Positions 14,795 to 27,928 of a stretch of DNA of 64,000 nucleotides are shown here, piece by piece. The stretch lies in assembly GCF_026210795.1 (NCBI RefSeq), contig NC_089431.1, positions 4,526,001 to 4,590,000 on the forward strand, written 5' to 3'. Under the pieces are notes generated by a model. It made no database searches and was not told where the DNA came from. It saw nothing but the letters and a program-made list of their open reading frames with translations. The stretch's first letter is position 1; each line of letters starts with the position of its first letter. The translations under genes and the position numbers were made by a program. This DNA is from Rhizophagus irregularis (taxonomy: Eukaryota).

Positions 14795-16073
14795 TCACCA
14801 TCAGGAATTTCCAGTTCATCTTGCTCTTTTGAATGAAGATTTGGATTATTATATACTTCGTCATCATCTATAAAGAGAAAAAAAGAATGAATAGAGTTAA
14901 AATAGTATAAATTGTTTATTATTACGTAAAATTTTCACCTACCATCGACATTAATATTTTGTCCTTTTAGTTGAGTTATTTCATTTTCATCATCTAAATT
15001 TAAATAAAAGTGAAGTTTAATAATAAATAAATAAAATTGATATAATAATGAATTTATTTGTTAGTAATTTATTATTATTCATACCATTTGAATTTATTTG
15101 CAACTTTTTAAATAATTTAGATACTTTTTTATTACTATCTAAAATTTAAGATATTGATTTAATATAAAAATCAATCTTGATTTGACAATAATAAAATACA
15201 TTACCTCTAAAAATAGTAACTATTTTTGATGATTTGTTACTATTCTGCTTATTTGATTTATTAAAATCGTTAACTGAAATAAATATCAATTATTAAACAT
15301 CATTATATGAAAATTCAACGCTGTAATGTTAATAAATACTTACTATTATTAGGAATATTAAAATCATACAATTTACTATGAAACGCTATTAGTAAAAATA
15401 AAGTAAATTATTATAGTAACCAAAAAAAAATAGTAGAAATTATTATTAATACGGTTGTACCTTCTTGTTCTTCTATTAATATAATAAAAGATAACATTAA
15501 TAATGTATTTTAAAATAAATACATTTGTTAATAAAATATTATACACTTATACCTTCTGTTGCAGGGTCTGGGTCATTTCACCGACAGACGTTTCACCGAC
15601 ACCTAAATGTCACATACATATCACGTGATAAATATGCGTTAAACATCACGCCCAAGTACTGTCATGCACGTACACGTGACCATCACAGGGGTGAAAAAAT
15701 GTGTCGGTGAAACGTCTGTCGGTGAAATGAACGGGTCCCCTGTTGCATTTCTTGGTTTAGGTAGATTTTCAAATTTGTGAATTTTACTTGTAAATAATCT
15801 GCTACTCGTATAATTTTCTTCTACTTTATTCATTTCTGATTTGAATAATTCATCTGTCATATTTTGACAATCTAAATTAATTCTATTCATTTTAATATCA
15901 AGTGCACCAGCGCCAGGTCTTTTTAATGGATCAGCATCCCAACATTCTTTCATTAAATTTTTATATTCTAATGGAGTTCCTGGCCAAATTTTTGGCCTTA
16001 TACCGTTAATAACATTTATTACAATATCATTTTCATGTTCATAATTTATAAATGGTGCTTGGAATTTTCTCAA
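14795..16073 (-). pseudogene. C-terminal remnant of a Glomeromycota tyrosine-kinase-like gene with several micro-exons; 5'-truncated and MITE-disrupted
   Basis: NGIRPKI.PGTPLEYKNLMKECWDADPLKRP (subdomain XI), SRLFTSKIHKFENLPKPRNAT, and downstream exons AFHSKLYDFNIP and DDEVYNNPNLHSKEQDELEIPD; no catalytic core upstream. Confidence 0.75.
15564..15739. mobile_element. 176-bp MITE with 8-bp TSD
   Basis: About 39-bp TIRs (GGG..TCATTTCACCGACAGACGTTTCACCGACAC); TSD CTGTTGCA at 15556-15563 and 15740-15747, splitting the kinase exon. Confidence 0.85.
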
Positions 16074-17775
16074 AGCAATCTTAGCTACTAAAAAAAAGAC
16101 AACGTAGGAAAGGAGTATGTTATGTTATGTTTTTTTTTTTTTAGATTCACAGAGATTTTTCACTTGAGCAACTTTAGTTTCTTCGCATTCTTGATTTTCT
16201 TTCAATGAAATAGGAATTGGTCGTTAATTTTCCTACTGCCATAATTGTTCTTTTGATTACTCTCGGTCTTATTATAGCTAAAGTGATAACTAGATCGGAA
16301 AGTGAATTGTATTCAATAACTTCGTATAGCATAACGTATATTATCCAATCAATTACAATTGTATTGGTTTTATTTTGTGAAAAAGGTTTAATAAAGAGCT
16401 TTTAATTTGCATATTTTATGTATTATTGTCATGCAATATTTCTTTCTGGTATAAGAATGGGAATAATGTCATTAATATTTTTTTTAGATTCTGGGTTTGA
16501 TTAGACTCCCTAAGTAATTGTGAATTGAAACATTTAAACAGAAAAAAATTTTTTTTTTCTTACCGAAATGCCGCTAACTGCTCTTTATACAACCACTCAC
16601 AATACTTTAAATTATTAACATCACTATTAGTAATTGAACGCGTTATTATGAAAATTCTTTACTAAAATTCAGTGTTTAATTAGCCGCCAAATTCTCATTG
16701 ATTATGTAACTGCATGTTATATTAAAAAAAATAATCACAGTTTTAAAATATTACTTTCTCTTCATAACTAATTGGTTTCAAAATCTTATCACATTATAAT
16801 ATTTATCCTAAAAATGGCGAATATAATCGAAAAAAATTAGTTTGAAGTATTTTTTGATGCATTAGAAGACAATTAACGATGTATTGACCAATTTCTTAAG
16901 ATTGATTTAAGAATTTTTTAATTTTTAGCTATTAAATTAATTAATAAAGTGATTTTTAATTAATTTATTTTTGAGAAAATAAAAGTATTATGAATCAAAA
17001 CAAATTATAAAAATATTAAGAAATGAATAAATTAAACGTATTAGCTAATACTAGTAAATGTATTATTATGAAAAGTACTTTTATCAATTTCATTTAACAT
17101 TTTCTTTTTAACGTGCGAGAAAGAAAAAAAAACAATGAATGGTAATAAAAAAAATATATATATATATATTTATATAATTAAAAAATTTCTTTGATGTTTA
17201 GATTACTCTTCTGTAAGTGTTAACGCGAATCGATTTTTTTTTTCGGTCAATTTTTTGTTTCCCCTGGTCTGCCTTTAAGACCGAACATTTTTTTTTTTAA
17301 TTTTCTTCCCCTTTTTTTATTATTAATTTTTTTTTCCGGTCTTTTCATTTTCGATCATCTAGTATATAATTAAAAAAATTCTTTTGATGTTTAGAATTTT
17401 CACTTTCAAATTCTTTCCTTTTTTTCAGTTTTTTTCCGATTTTTTTTTCTTTTTTTTTCAAATTTTCCTTTTTCGGATTTTTTTTTTTTTTTTTTAATAA
17501 GACATAAATCAGACAAAATGGTGCTTTTTTAGACGTTTTTACACATGAACACAAAAATTAAATGAATTTAACACATTTCATTTTTATAGGGATATAAGGA
17601 TTGATTTTAGGAGTAAATATTAGACTTTTATCTTTATTATTGGTAAATAACATATGAAAGGGAGATTTTTTGACGATCTAATGTATAATATATTTACATA
17701 TCAAAAAAACGTATATATAGTCTGAAAATTCCTAAGCAAATTTCATAAAATAATCAACTAATCACTTTTCTCAAC

Positions 17776-18129
17776 ATGAAACTTTCCATTCCCTTAACCA
17801 TTGTTGCCATAATTTGTATTATAGCACTTGAACAAATCGAAGCATTTAATACTACTCTCGGTATATTTGTGTTTTTTTCGCAATGTAAAGTTTGGGCTAC
17901 AGATAATTTTGGTAATACCGTAATGGATACCGGATGGTTGAATTGCGAAGATGGAGATCCAAATCCAACATATCATATTCGAGAAATAACAGCTAATCCA
18001 TACTGGCTTCACGCAAAGGTTATGGGCAGCAAGAGAAAAACAAAACATAGAGGACCATTTAACTCAAATACCTGTTTTAATTTTGGAGGAAATGTTTTTA
18101 AGTGGCATTTTGATCAATACAACTGCTAG
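17776..18129 (+). CDS. Small secreted cysteine-containing protein (effector candidate), 117 aa
   Basis: Hydrophobic signal peptide ending IEA; four Cys in the mature part including a terminal Cys; intronless; TATATATA about 60 bp upstream. Confidence 0.8.
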   Translation: MKLSIPLTIVAIICIIALEQIEAFNTTLGIFVFFSQCKVWATDNFGNTVMDTGWLNCEDGDPNPTYHIREITANPYWLHAKVMGSKRKTKHRGPFNSNTCFNFGGNVFKWHFDQYNC

Positions 18130-20513
18130 AACTCTATTTAAAACTATTTGTATTCAGTTAGCTTTATTTGCTTTATATTTTTTAAGAAGACCTTTTTTTA
18201 TAAAATTATTATCCTAATCAAGACAAATAGCAAATTAATTGAATATTTACGTTTATCTTTGATTATTTCAACTAATGAATAGTTTATTAAAAATTTTGTT
18301 TGTATGTTATAGTTTTATTAATTTTATATTTAATTTCTAATACAATATTTATATTTATCATTAATATATTCTTAATTATGATTAATAAATTGTTTTAATT
18401 ATTTTCATAATAAATTATTAATAACAAATCTATACAATTTTGAATATGAAGCACCGTCCTGGTCAAAAGTCTGAAAATTAATCCCTGAATTTTCTGAGGA
18501 TTAATCCAAGATAAAATCACACTTTTTAGAATTTTAGAACACTATGGAATTAATTCAATTTTTTTGAAATTCAAAAAAATTTTCAATACTTAATTCTTTT
18601 TGCAAAAATTTGAAACTACGAAAATATAATAACATGAATAAAACTAATTTATAATTTATTTTTTTATACTATGAATAGATTTAAGTTTCACAAATTAAAT
18701 AAATTAATTTTTTTTTTTGAATATTGTTAATGTTTCTTTAAAACGTAATTATCAATAGCTTGGTCTCAGAGTATTTCCTTTTTATGAACCAGCCTCCTGA
18801 ATTCCATTAAAAATCATATTTCCGGTTTTCCGCCATTTTGAAAAAAAAAATAGGCAACGCAGATCAACACGTGTAATTTTAGCACTGTGTTATGCATTGT
18901 GCATATCAAAATTAATTTTAACACTCTAATTATGTTCCACGATGTTCCTATACATATGGTATCGAATTATCGAATGAATTATTTCGAAAAAACTATTGCC
19001 ATCAAGAAAAAAATTATCTTGTCAACTAAATTTTTTTAATTCTATCACCCTATAAAAAATTTTTATCCGCTATTTCTGTAAAAACTCCGTAAAAATAAAC
19101 CTTTCACGGATCCTTAATTTCGGAAATATGAGCCTTTTACAGAAAAAAAAAGATAGAATGTAAATAACGAATCGTACAAATCATATTTGAGCTAATGTCA
19201 TAATTATTATATATAGTCAATATCCGTAATCAAAAATCATAAGATTATCATATCATATTATCAAACAAATTTTTAATTTAACAAGAATTATTAAATAGAA
19301 TTAATATTTGCTTCACAAATAAGTTTCAAAGACAAATATATTAATAATTAGCCTAGTTTTTATTTTAAAGCATATTGATAGATTAACTTTTTCGATCGCT
19401 GATCAAAATTCGTTAAATAATTAAAATGACAGTAATGTGAAATTTTTAATTACAAAAAAATACACAAACATATGTTGGTAGGGAGAGGTCTTGACATAAT
19501 TGTGAAAATTATCTTAACTATGGAGAGGTCTTGGCGAAATTGTGAAAATTATCTTATTTACTTAATTTATTTTCATAGTGATATATATACATTTAACATG
19601 GGATCACGATCTTTATTTATCCTTTTTCGAACGAAAAAAATGGAAATCTTGATGATCGGAATCCCGTTATGATAACACGCCTCGACGCCCACAATCTAAT
19701 AAATCATAATCCCGAATATCAAAATCTAGACACCTCTTTATTAGTGCATCCGGGGTATACAAAAAATCTGGATTGGATTTACAACTGATATCATAACGCT
19801 GGCCAGAATTACGAATTTGGCCAAAATTATCTAGTAAGACCGCGAAATTTTCATAATTCCAATTTATTCAATACTTTTTTTTAAAAAAAAACAATTTCAT
19901 ATTATTTCAGCATTGTCTCTTACTATTTCCTTAAATTTTGATATTTTTATATAAAGAATTACTATAGATAGATGTGTTGAGTTAGTAAGGCAATTTTAAA
20001 TGTTAAAAAGAGATTTGTTTCTTCTTTCAAAAATCAAAGAATCATTTGAATCAAATTATATAACACTAAGATTTTAATTTTTTAAAAAAGTTTTTATAAT
20101 TATATAAATTTTGTAATATCTCAATTTTTGTAATTTAATCTGAATAATTTTTCGTTTAAAAATAATAATTATTATTTTATTTGAATGCGAAATGATTTTT
20201 TCTTTAATAAATTATTACGTTTTAAACTTCAGTTGATCAAGTTTCGGTTGTTTTCACTTTTCAGTATTTAAAATGTTTGTCTATGGTCGCACATTAATGA
20301 AAAAATATATATACTTATTTCTATAAAATCTTAATTATATAAAGTTACGTTGTTATGCAAAAAAAAATAAATAAAGATTCATCCGGATGAAACCCACAAA
20401 ATCCGGATATACTGACACTTTTTTATCCCGACACTTAATATCCTCATGAATAAAAATGATTATTAAATTCTAATCAGCAGGTTATTTAAAAAAATTATAT
20501 CTTTATACAGTAT

Positions 20514-22794
20514 GGGGTCTGGTACAAAATCCCGAATGTCAAAATTCCGAAAATTCTGAACCAGTCATCATTATGCTTAATCCTGGTCAATTTTTTAGGG
20601 GTTTGACATTTAGGATTTTGTAAGGATCCCTTTTATCTTTTATTTTTATGGGTCTAATATAAAATCCCGAATGCTTTATATGTAGTACATTACATTTTCC
20701 CCTTCCTTGTTTCTTAAATTAAAAATAAAAAAATAGGTCCTCCTTCCCATTTCTTACCTTTTAGTTTGGTTCATTCTAGCCAGCAATTCCTACAAAATGA
20801 CCAAAGCTGAAAAGAGATCAGCAATGCTGAAAGAGCCCAATAGAAAATATCCGACTAAAGAAATTATCATTCGGCATACAAACCATAATTGACTAATCTG
20901 ATCAGCCGGCCGAAGTTGATCATTATTTTTGTAATATGTAAATCATTTAAGCCACATCATCGGAATTTTCTTTTTTATATTGATAATGCATACCTTAATG
21001 GAAATTGGAACGGACCAAAAAATAAGATTTTTTTACATAGATATAATCCTTTGATTTGCAAATATATTGAGTAATGAGTAACACGTAAATTTTTTTTTTT
21101 TATGAAATAAATTTTATATCGCAAAATATATTGATTAACACAAAAAATTTTTTTTTATTTGATAAATTGATAAATTTTATATTGTGTAATATATTGAGTA
21201 ACACGTAAAAATTTTTTAAAATAATTTGTAATATGTTAAGTTACATATAAAATTTTTTTTTTATGACGAAAAAAATATATATACTGTATAAAGGCCATCG
21301 ATTCATAAGGAGGAAGGGTCTAAGATATTAAATTCGCAGGCAAAGTTTTCGTGTATATCACAACCAAAAAAGAGTATACTTTGCAAGTGTTTTGATGCTC
21401 GTTTAACCGGGAGTCCATGGGCCACTTTATTTTAAAAATATAAATAAAATTGTAACACTATATTTTAGAGAGTACAACAGATTACCGATTAGGAAAAAGT
21501 ATTTGTCTGTTTTTTACTCTACGATAATAATCGTTACAAAGTATTATAAAATTATTACTTCTAAAAAAAAAATAATGTAAAAATTAAAAAAAAAGAAAAT
21601 AAGTGTCGGTGAAATGATTTGTCAAGGATTGTGAGCGTCGGGCTTGTGTTAAAACGGGATTCTGATCGTTGGGATTTTGTGCAGCTCCCCATTTCACTGA
21701 AAGACGTTGACCAACAAAAATTTCACCAATAACACGGTACGTGACAATTAATTACCTGGCTCACATTACAACATAACTCTGGCCATTATGTTTATACATC
21801 ACGCCGCGTGTTGTCAGTCTCGATGATCTTTGTTGTTACTTTATTAAATAACCTTGCACTCTACTATAGATGTAATAGTATCGATACTATATATAATTTA
21901 CTATTAAAAAAATAATTATTTCGCCAATAAAAATGATGTTAATATACATTCAATTATTTTACTTGATAGATCAAAATATTTTCGTACAATTTTTTCTTGA
22001 TAAATAAATCAAGAAAAAGTATGGTAAAATAATTTTAGAAAAATAAACGTACAATATTTCCGTACATACTCAAAAATTGTCTTGATTTAAATAAAAAAAT
22101 AATAATAATAATAAAATCCTATAGAAAAATTCTTAAAATAATAATTCTTGGAATTCTTTGGATTTCATATTTAAAAAAAGTTTGTATGAATCCTAAAATT
22201 TTGATTAATTTTTGTTAATTCCAAATTTCATGAGAAATTTTTATTAGAAATGATGATTTTAAATTGACATATGGTAAAGTTTAATAAAATGATGTTTGAC
22301 AAAACATTTTTATTATTACATTACAAATGATGTAAATGAGGGGAAATGACATGATAAAAACTCGTTCCTATCACTTTAGGGTTATACCATATAAAAATTA
22401 TACCTAGAATTCGTATGGATTCAAATTATAAGGATTAGTGAAGTATTATTCGATCTTAATCATATCTCGGTAATTGATATATTCGTAAATTGAATTGATA
22501 AAAAGAAAATTTTGATTATAACAAAAAAAAAAAGAAAGAAAAAGAAACATCTAGTAGCATTTTGCGCCAGAGTAATTTTTATCTTAAAGAAAATGTACCA
22601 TGAGTCCATGATTAGCTTTTCAACAAAGGTCTATCAAAAAAGTAAATCATTTACCGTGTTTATTTTGAGGATCGTACAAAATCCAGAATGTCAAAATTCT
22701 GAATGGTATGAAATCCCGAAAAATTGACCATTATTAAGCATAATGGGATTTTTGGGATTTTCAGATTTTGGCATTCAGGATTTTGTACCAGACC
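20514..22794. repeat. Cluster of degenerate TIR/MITE fragments, with inverted copies at about 20514-20631 and 22667-22794
   Basis: GGTCTGGTACAAAATCCCGAATGTCAAAAT and its reverse complement; a further inverted pair at about 19655-19697 and 21628-21668. Confidence 0.5.
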
Positions 22795-23603
22795 TTTTAA
22801 TTAACCTTTTATACTGTATAGGGATATAAGGATCAAAATAAAAACGTGATTGGGATTTTACCGAAATTCATAAAGAATTTATTTATTTATTTATTTTTAC
22901 TACCGCAAATTTCAAGGCACAATTTCTTATAGTTTAAAGCAAAATTGGATAATTGGTGACTTTTAAATTAAATTTCAAATTTTTTTTTTATGGAATCCTA
23001 TATTTTATCCACTGTAGTTTCTCCCTCTTGATGAATTATAAATGTCATCAACTTTGGTTATTCAAGGTTGGAGTAACAATAGTAATAGCAGAGACGTTTT
23101 GGTATAATTTTCGAATAACGAATATTATTTGGAGTTAGGACTGTTATTTTAAAAAAATTAGTGTATTTAAAGTAATGAATCCATTAGCATGGAATAATGA
23201 AATACTGTAGGATGTTCTTATTATTTTTTTTTTTATTCCTAGATTTTTACCTAATGATTAATAAGGATAGTTTGAAGGACTCTGAGCTATACATAGAAAG
23301 GTCCGTCATGTAGATCGTTTCCATTTGTGGATAATGCCGACCAGCATTACATAGTGCCGGCCCTGAAGAAATACGTAGAGCTAATAGTAAATGTGTGCCA
23401 CTACTACGAAAGTATTTGTAGTTTTTTGGCAATACACAGTGAAATTCGATAAACCAGATTTTCGATAAACCGGATTTAGGCCTAAACCGGACTTTTTTGT
23501 TAGAACCAAATCACGTATATTAAAATAGTTTCGATATACCGGAGTTTATTAGTAAAAGCTCGATATTCGATAAAACGGATCAATTTTCTAACCAGCTATA
23601 CAG

Positions 23604-24231
23604 TGTAACACCTGAGCCCATAGAGAAATATGTTTGCCACCTCAGGTATTAACAAAATGACTCTTTATTAATAATATAAATAAATACAATAATATGCTTG
23701 GTTTAATAACATTAAACAACAAAATAAATAATTCATAACAAAATTCGTCCAATTTCTCCCTTTTCCAAAAGTTGATCTTCACGCCCTTTTATGTTTGTTT
23801 TTGTGTAACTGAATTCATAATTTCGATTCATGGATTTAAATTATTAAAGTATTTCCATTGTTTTAAAGTATTTCCATTATCTTAAAGTATTTCCATTATC
23901 TTAATTTTGTATCCATTTGATCATCATGAACTCCTGAATTATGATTTATAATATTAACGTAGTGATCAACAAATTAATCACTTGACACCTCAGATCACTT
24001 GATTTCATCCAATTTAGTATCTTTCGGATCTTCATTTATCCTTAAATCTCGTGACTAATAGTTTAAGGTCATCACGGACCAATTATCCTCGATTCTCATG
24101 ACTAATAGTTTAACGACTTTTCGGTCCAATTAAAATAAAAATAAAAATAAGTTAAAATTTTATACACTAAGACTAAATGTAATACTGCGCCCCACAATTA
24201 ATAAATTTACTAGGTATACTACGGCATTACA
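23604..24231 (-). repeat. 3' LTR of copy 1
   Basis: TGTAAC...TTACA direct repeat of 43457-44084; adjacent to the PPT. Confidence 0.95.
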
Positions 24232-24243
24232 ACTATCCCCCGC
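24232..24243 (-). other. Polypurine tract
   Basis: GCGGGGGATAGT on the minus strand immediately before the 3' LTR; same in copy 2 at 54630-54641. Confidence 0.7.
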
Positions 24244-24270
24244 ATAAAAATTTAATGCCCACATTAAATT

Positions 24271-24336
24271 TATTCTAAGAATCGAACTCGTGTCTCGAAG
24301 TGGTAGGTGCGAATTATACCACTAAATCAAACATGC
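24271..24336 (-). ncRNA. Degenerate tRNA-Gly-like sequence in the retrotransposon 3' UTR
   Basis: GCATGTT TG ATTT AGTGGTA TAAT T CGCAC CTACCAC TTCG AGAC ACGAG TTCGATT CTTAG AATA is colinear with eukaryotic tRNA-Gly(GCC); A-box and B-box recognisable; stems partly broken. Confidence 0.7.
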
Positions 24337-24568
24337 ATTGTCACTTGACTCAGTTGCGTTTTAAATATTCCTTTTTGCTGCGTCTACATCTGCGGTTTAT
24401 CATGTGTTTGTTAAGTCTACGGTTTTCCTGTACCGGATTTCACTTCGGTCTTTCTTAGGAAATTTTCATTAGTTTTTCCTATTTTCGAAAATTATTTTTA
24501 TGTCATGTGATTTTATTTCACATGATTATAAATTATCTTTATTTTTCTAAGTCCATTGATGATAGTTA

Positions 24569-25857
24569 TCATTTACTCATCGGTGTATGGTAAGTCTTTA
24601 ATAATTCTCCATTTACAGGTATCTTCTTGATGACACCTTTAATATTTTTAATTCTATAAGCTCCATTTGGTAGTATTTCATGAATGTAAAATGGTCCTAA
24701 CCATTTTGATTCTAATTTTCCAGATAGTTGTTGTGCTTTGGCTTTATCATAGAGTAGTATTTTATCTCCAATTCCAAAGGTGTGTTCTTTGCTTATTTTT
24801 CTGTCATGATACTCTTTTTGTTTTGTTTGAGATTTCAGTATTTGTTCTTTGGCTTCATGTCGGATTTTTGGTAGTTCTTCTAATAATCCAACTATTCTAT
24901 CACTTAGGTTAATTTCTTTGATATTTTCATCCATTATTGTCCGTACATTTCTTCCGTATGTTAAATAAAATGGTCGAATTTTTGTTGAACTATGCTTTTT
25001 ATTTCGGTAAGCAAATAATATGGGTGCTATCCTTTGATCCCAATCATCTTTGGTTGATAATTTCGCTAATGCTTGACCTAATGTTCGGTTGAATCTTTCA
25101 ACAAGTCCATTTGTCTCTGGATGATAACTTGTAGAAAAATTCCATTTAATTTTGAATTTTTCCATTAATTCTTTAATCATTTCATTATTGAAATGACTTC
25201 CTCTATCACTCAATATTTTCATTGGACATCCATGTCTACAAATGATGTCTTCATAAATAAATTTTGATACTTCTTTGGCAGTTGCTTCCTTTACTGCTTT
25301 GGCTTCTGGCCATTTTGTAAAATAATCCATTGCTACTATGATGTATTTATTACCATTTGTTGTCGTGTTCAATGGTCCAACAAGTCAATCCCGATTTGAT
25401 ACCATGGTTCTACTACTTTAATTGGGTGTAATTCATTTTTCCCTTGTGGTTTTCCTCTTCTTTGACATTCATCGCATGTCCTTACATATCTTTCAACATC
25501 ATTCAGCATATTTTCCCAATAATATTTATCTTTTAAATTATCATAAGTACTTTTGATTCCCATATGTGCCGATAATTCATGACTGTGAGCTAAATATAGT
25601 GCTCCCATCTTTTCAAAGTCTTCTATTATTCTGATGTTTTTACCATTTTTCTCAATATGCTTTTTACCATCAGTTACTCTGATGTTATCCTTAATCTCAA
25701 CATTTTTAACCTCTATTGGTGGTTTATCTCCATCTAATTCTATTATTTTATTATATACTCTTTCCCAATCTGTGTCATTATTTGATATTTTAATATTAGC
25801 ATATTTTTCTCCTTCGTAAATATCTTGACATTCTTTAAATGATTTCACCATCTCCAT
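24569..25857 (-). pseudogene. Integrase of copy 1 (1-bp frameshift near 25381; kinase domain mostly deleted)
   Basis: HHCC (AHSHELSAH..CDEC), DDE core and GPF motif; near-identical to 54967-56256. Confidence 0.9.
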
Positions 25858-25999
25858 ATATCCTTATATTTTTCTACTAATACTTTTAATTTACCTTTTT
25901 GTTCATTGGTTATGTCCCCTACTTTAAATTTTTCAGTAAATTTTTCATGGTCACTTTTGTGCTTCTTTATCGTCTCTTCAGTATCATTCTGACCAAGAC

Positions 26000-26539
26000 T
26001 TATACTTTAAAATTTTCATCTTCCTGACCTTCATGGTCATCTTCATATATGTTATACAATTCATCCTGGTATAATTCTTCTAATATTTCCTCTTCATCAA
26101 ATGTTTCTTCAAACCCTTTAATGGTCCTTTGTGTGTATTTTACTGGTATATCCATAGTTTCATCATTCATTCTAATTATTATTGTTTTATCTGTGTAATC
26201 TATATTCGCTTTGAACATATCTAATACTCCATTTCCTAACACAATTTCGTTTTTTCCTGAATCAATTACTTCAACCTTAATGGGTATTTCCTTATCCCCA
26301 AATTGTATGTATATTGTCGTGGTACCCCTAGATGCTAATTTATCCTCATTTATCATCACACATCTTACTGTACTTGGTTCCTCAATTTTTAGGTCCATTT
26401 CATCCATTATCTGACTAGTTATTACATTTACTGCTGCTCCTGTATCAAACATTACGTCCTTTAATTCTTGGTTTATTATTAATTTACCCCTTAATGCAGT
26501 TAAGTGTTCTGCTTCAATGTTGTTTATTGATTCTTGTAG
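26000..26539 (-). CDS. Retropepsin aspartyl protease of copy 1, in frame behind the gag TGA
   Basis: MFDTGAAVNVI catalytic motif and IVLGNG motif. Confidence 0.85.
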   Translation of the reverse strand, partial: LQESINNIEAEHLTALRGKLIINQELKDVMFDTGAAVNVITSQIMDEMDLKIEEPSTVRCVMINEDKLASRGTTTIYIQFGDKEIPIKVEVIDSGKNEIVLGNGVLDMFKANIDYTDKTIIIRMNDETMDIPVKYTQRTIKGFEETFDEEEILEELYQDELYNIYEDDHEGQEDENFKV

Positions 26540-27466
26540 TCAATCTGTTTGTGGATACCTTCTCATACCATCATAATATATTTTTCTTTGTTCTGGGCTC
26601 ATATCTATAATTTGTGAAAAAGTTGCATTTGCTCTGGTACTTTTCATATCCTCTAATACGTTATATTTTGGTATATTTCTTTGAAATGCGCTTGTCCTAT
26701 GAATACCTTCAACACGTTCATTTTTACATTGTTTTGCATAGTGACCTCTTTGTCCACAATTTCCACATGTATTATTATTTCTCCTTGCTTCTTGTGCTTT
26801 CCTCAGACTTTCATCAGTGAATCCTCTTTTTGGTAATGCTGCTGCCCTTTCCTCTTGGCTTGCATATTTATTATTCCTTCTTCGTGTTTGTTCTTGGTCA
26901 ATTTCCATATCTACATCTCGATTACTTGACCTATTTTTTATGTTACTTCTCGTTTGTCTTTCACCAATATAAAAATCTTGATCAACATGGTTAAATGTTA
27001 CATCATTATCTTGATAATACGGGTCGTCATAACTATATCCTTGGTCATAATTATCCTGATAATCCTGACTATCATAATCATATTGGTCATATTGGTCATT
27101 ATAATTATCATATTCCACTACATTGAATCCTCGATTATTGGTTTGGTGGTTTGGTGGTCTGTTATAGTTGTTTGGTCTTCCATTATAGTTATTTGATCTT
27201 CTATTATAATTTTGATTATTTGGTCTTCCATAGTTTCTTTGACCATTATTTACCCTACATTCATTTGCATAATGTCCTGGTTGTTTACAATTATAACATG
27301 CTCGAGGTGGTGGTCCTTGTCTATTATTATTGTTTGGTGGTCTCTTTTGCCCTCCAAGTTGATTTACTAGTTTTACCTCTAATTTTTTAAACATGTCGGC
27401 AAGGTCATCCTCATAATTTTTCTCCAATGGTTTTTCAAATATATTCTTTGGTTTGTCATCTTGTAT
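26540..27466 (-). pseudogene. gag 3' part of copy 1 (two CCHC zinc knuckles), cut by the Polinton
   Basis: CYNCKQPGHYANEC and CGNCGQRGHYAKQC; matches 58799-59725. Confidence 0.9.
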
Positions 27467-27904
27467 AGTAGTATGAAAACCCCAATTCTGGCTCACTCCC
27501 ACCATATAATCTAAAATACTACCACTTTATATAATCTAATTACCACCATCATATAACTTAATTACCATCATATAATCCACCTACCACTTTTACTATAATT
27601 TAACTACCACTTTATATAATCTAGTTACCACCATCATATAATTTTAATTACCACCATATAATCCACCTACCACTTTTCATATAATCTAGTTACCATCATA
27701 TAGTTTTATTACCACCATACAACTCTATTACCACCATACAATCTGAAAAAATTAACCGAACAAGAAATAGGATTTCAAAGCCAACGGAGCCAAAAAAGGT
27801 AAGGAATATTAACCCATCCAGGAAACCAGCCATGGAGTCAATAGAGCGGAATAGCAAGGCAAGCAATTACCCTTATACCGAGAAAAAATGTAATTGAATA
27901 AAAG
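27467..27904 (+). repeat. Left TIR of the Polinton, with an internal TACCA(C)-TATAA repeat array
   Basis: Reverse complement of 39333-39770, no mismatch seen. Confidence 0.95.
27882..27904 (+). promoter_or_regulatory. Shared upstream motif GAAAAAATGTAATTGAATAAAAG (before ORF 27929)
   Basis: Identical copies at 38661-38683 (-) and 39333-39355 (-); 20/23 match at 29466-29488 (+); each is 23-40 nt before an ATG. Confidence 0.75.
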
Positions 27905-27928
27905 ATTCACATATAAAAGACTTACAAG

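Noticed and set aside
17345..17554. Lys-rich 69-aa ORF
   Set aside because: Derived from poly-T low-complexity sequence
24271..24336. Functional tRNA gene
   Set aside because: Acceptor, anticodon and T stems are partly broken and the anticodon reads ACC; kept only as tRNA-like
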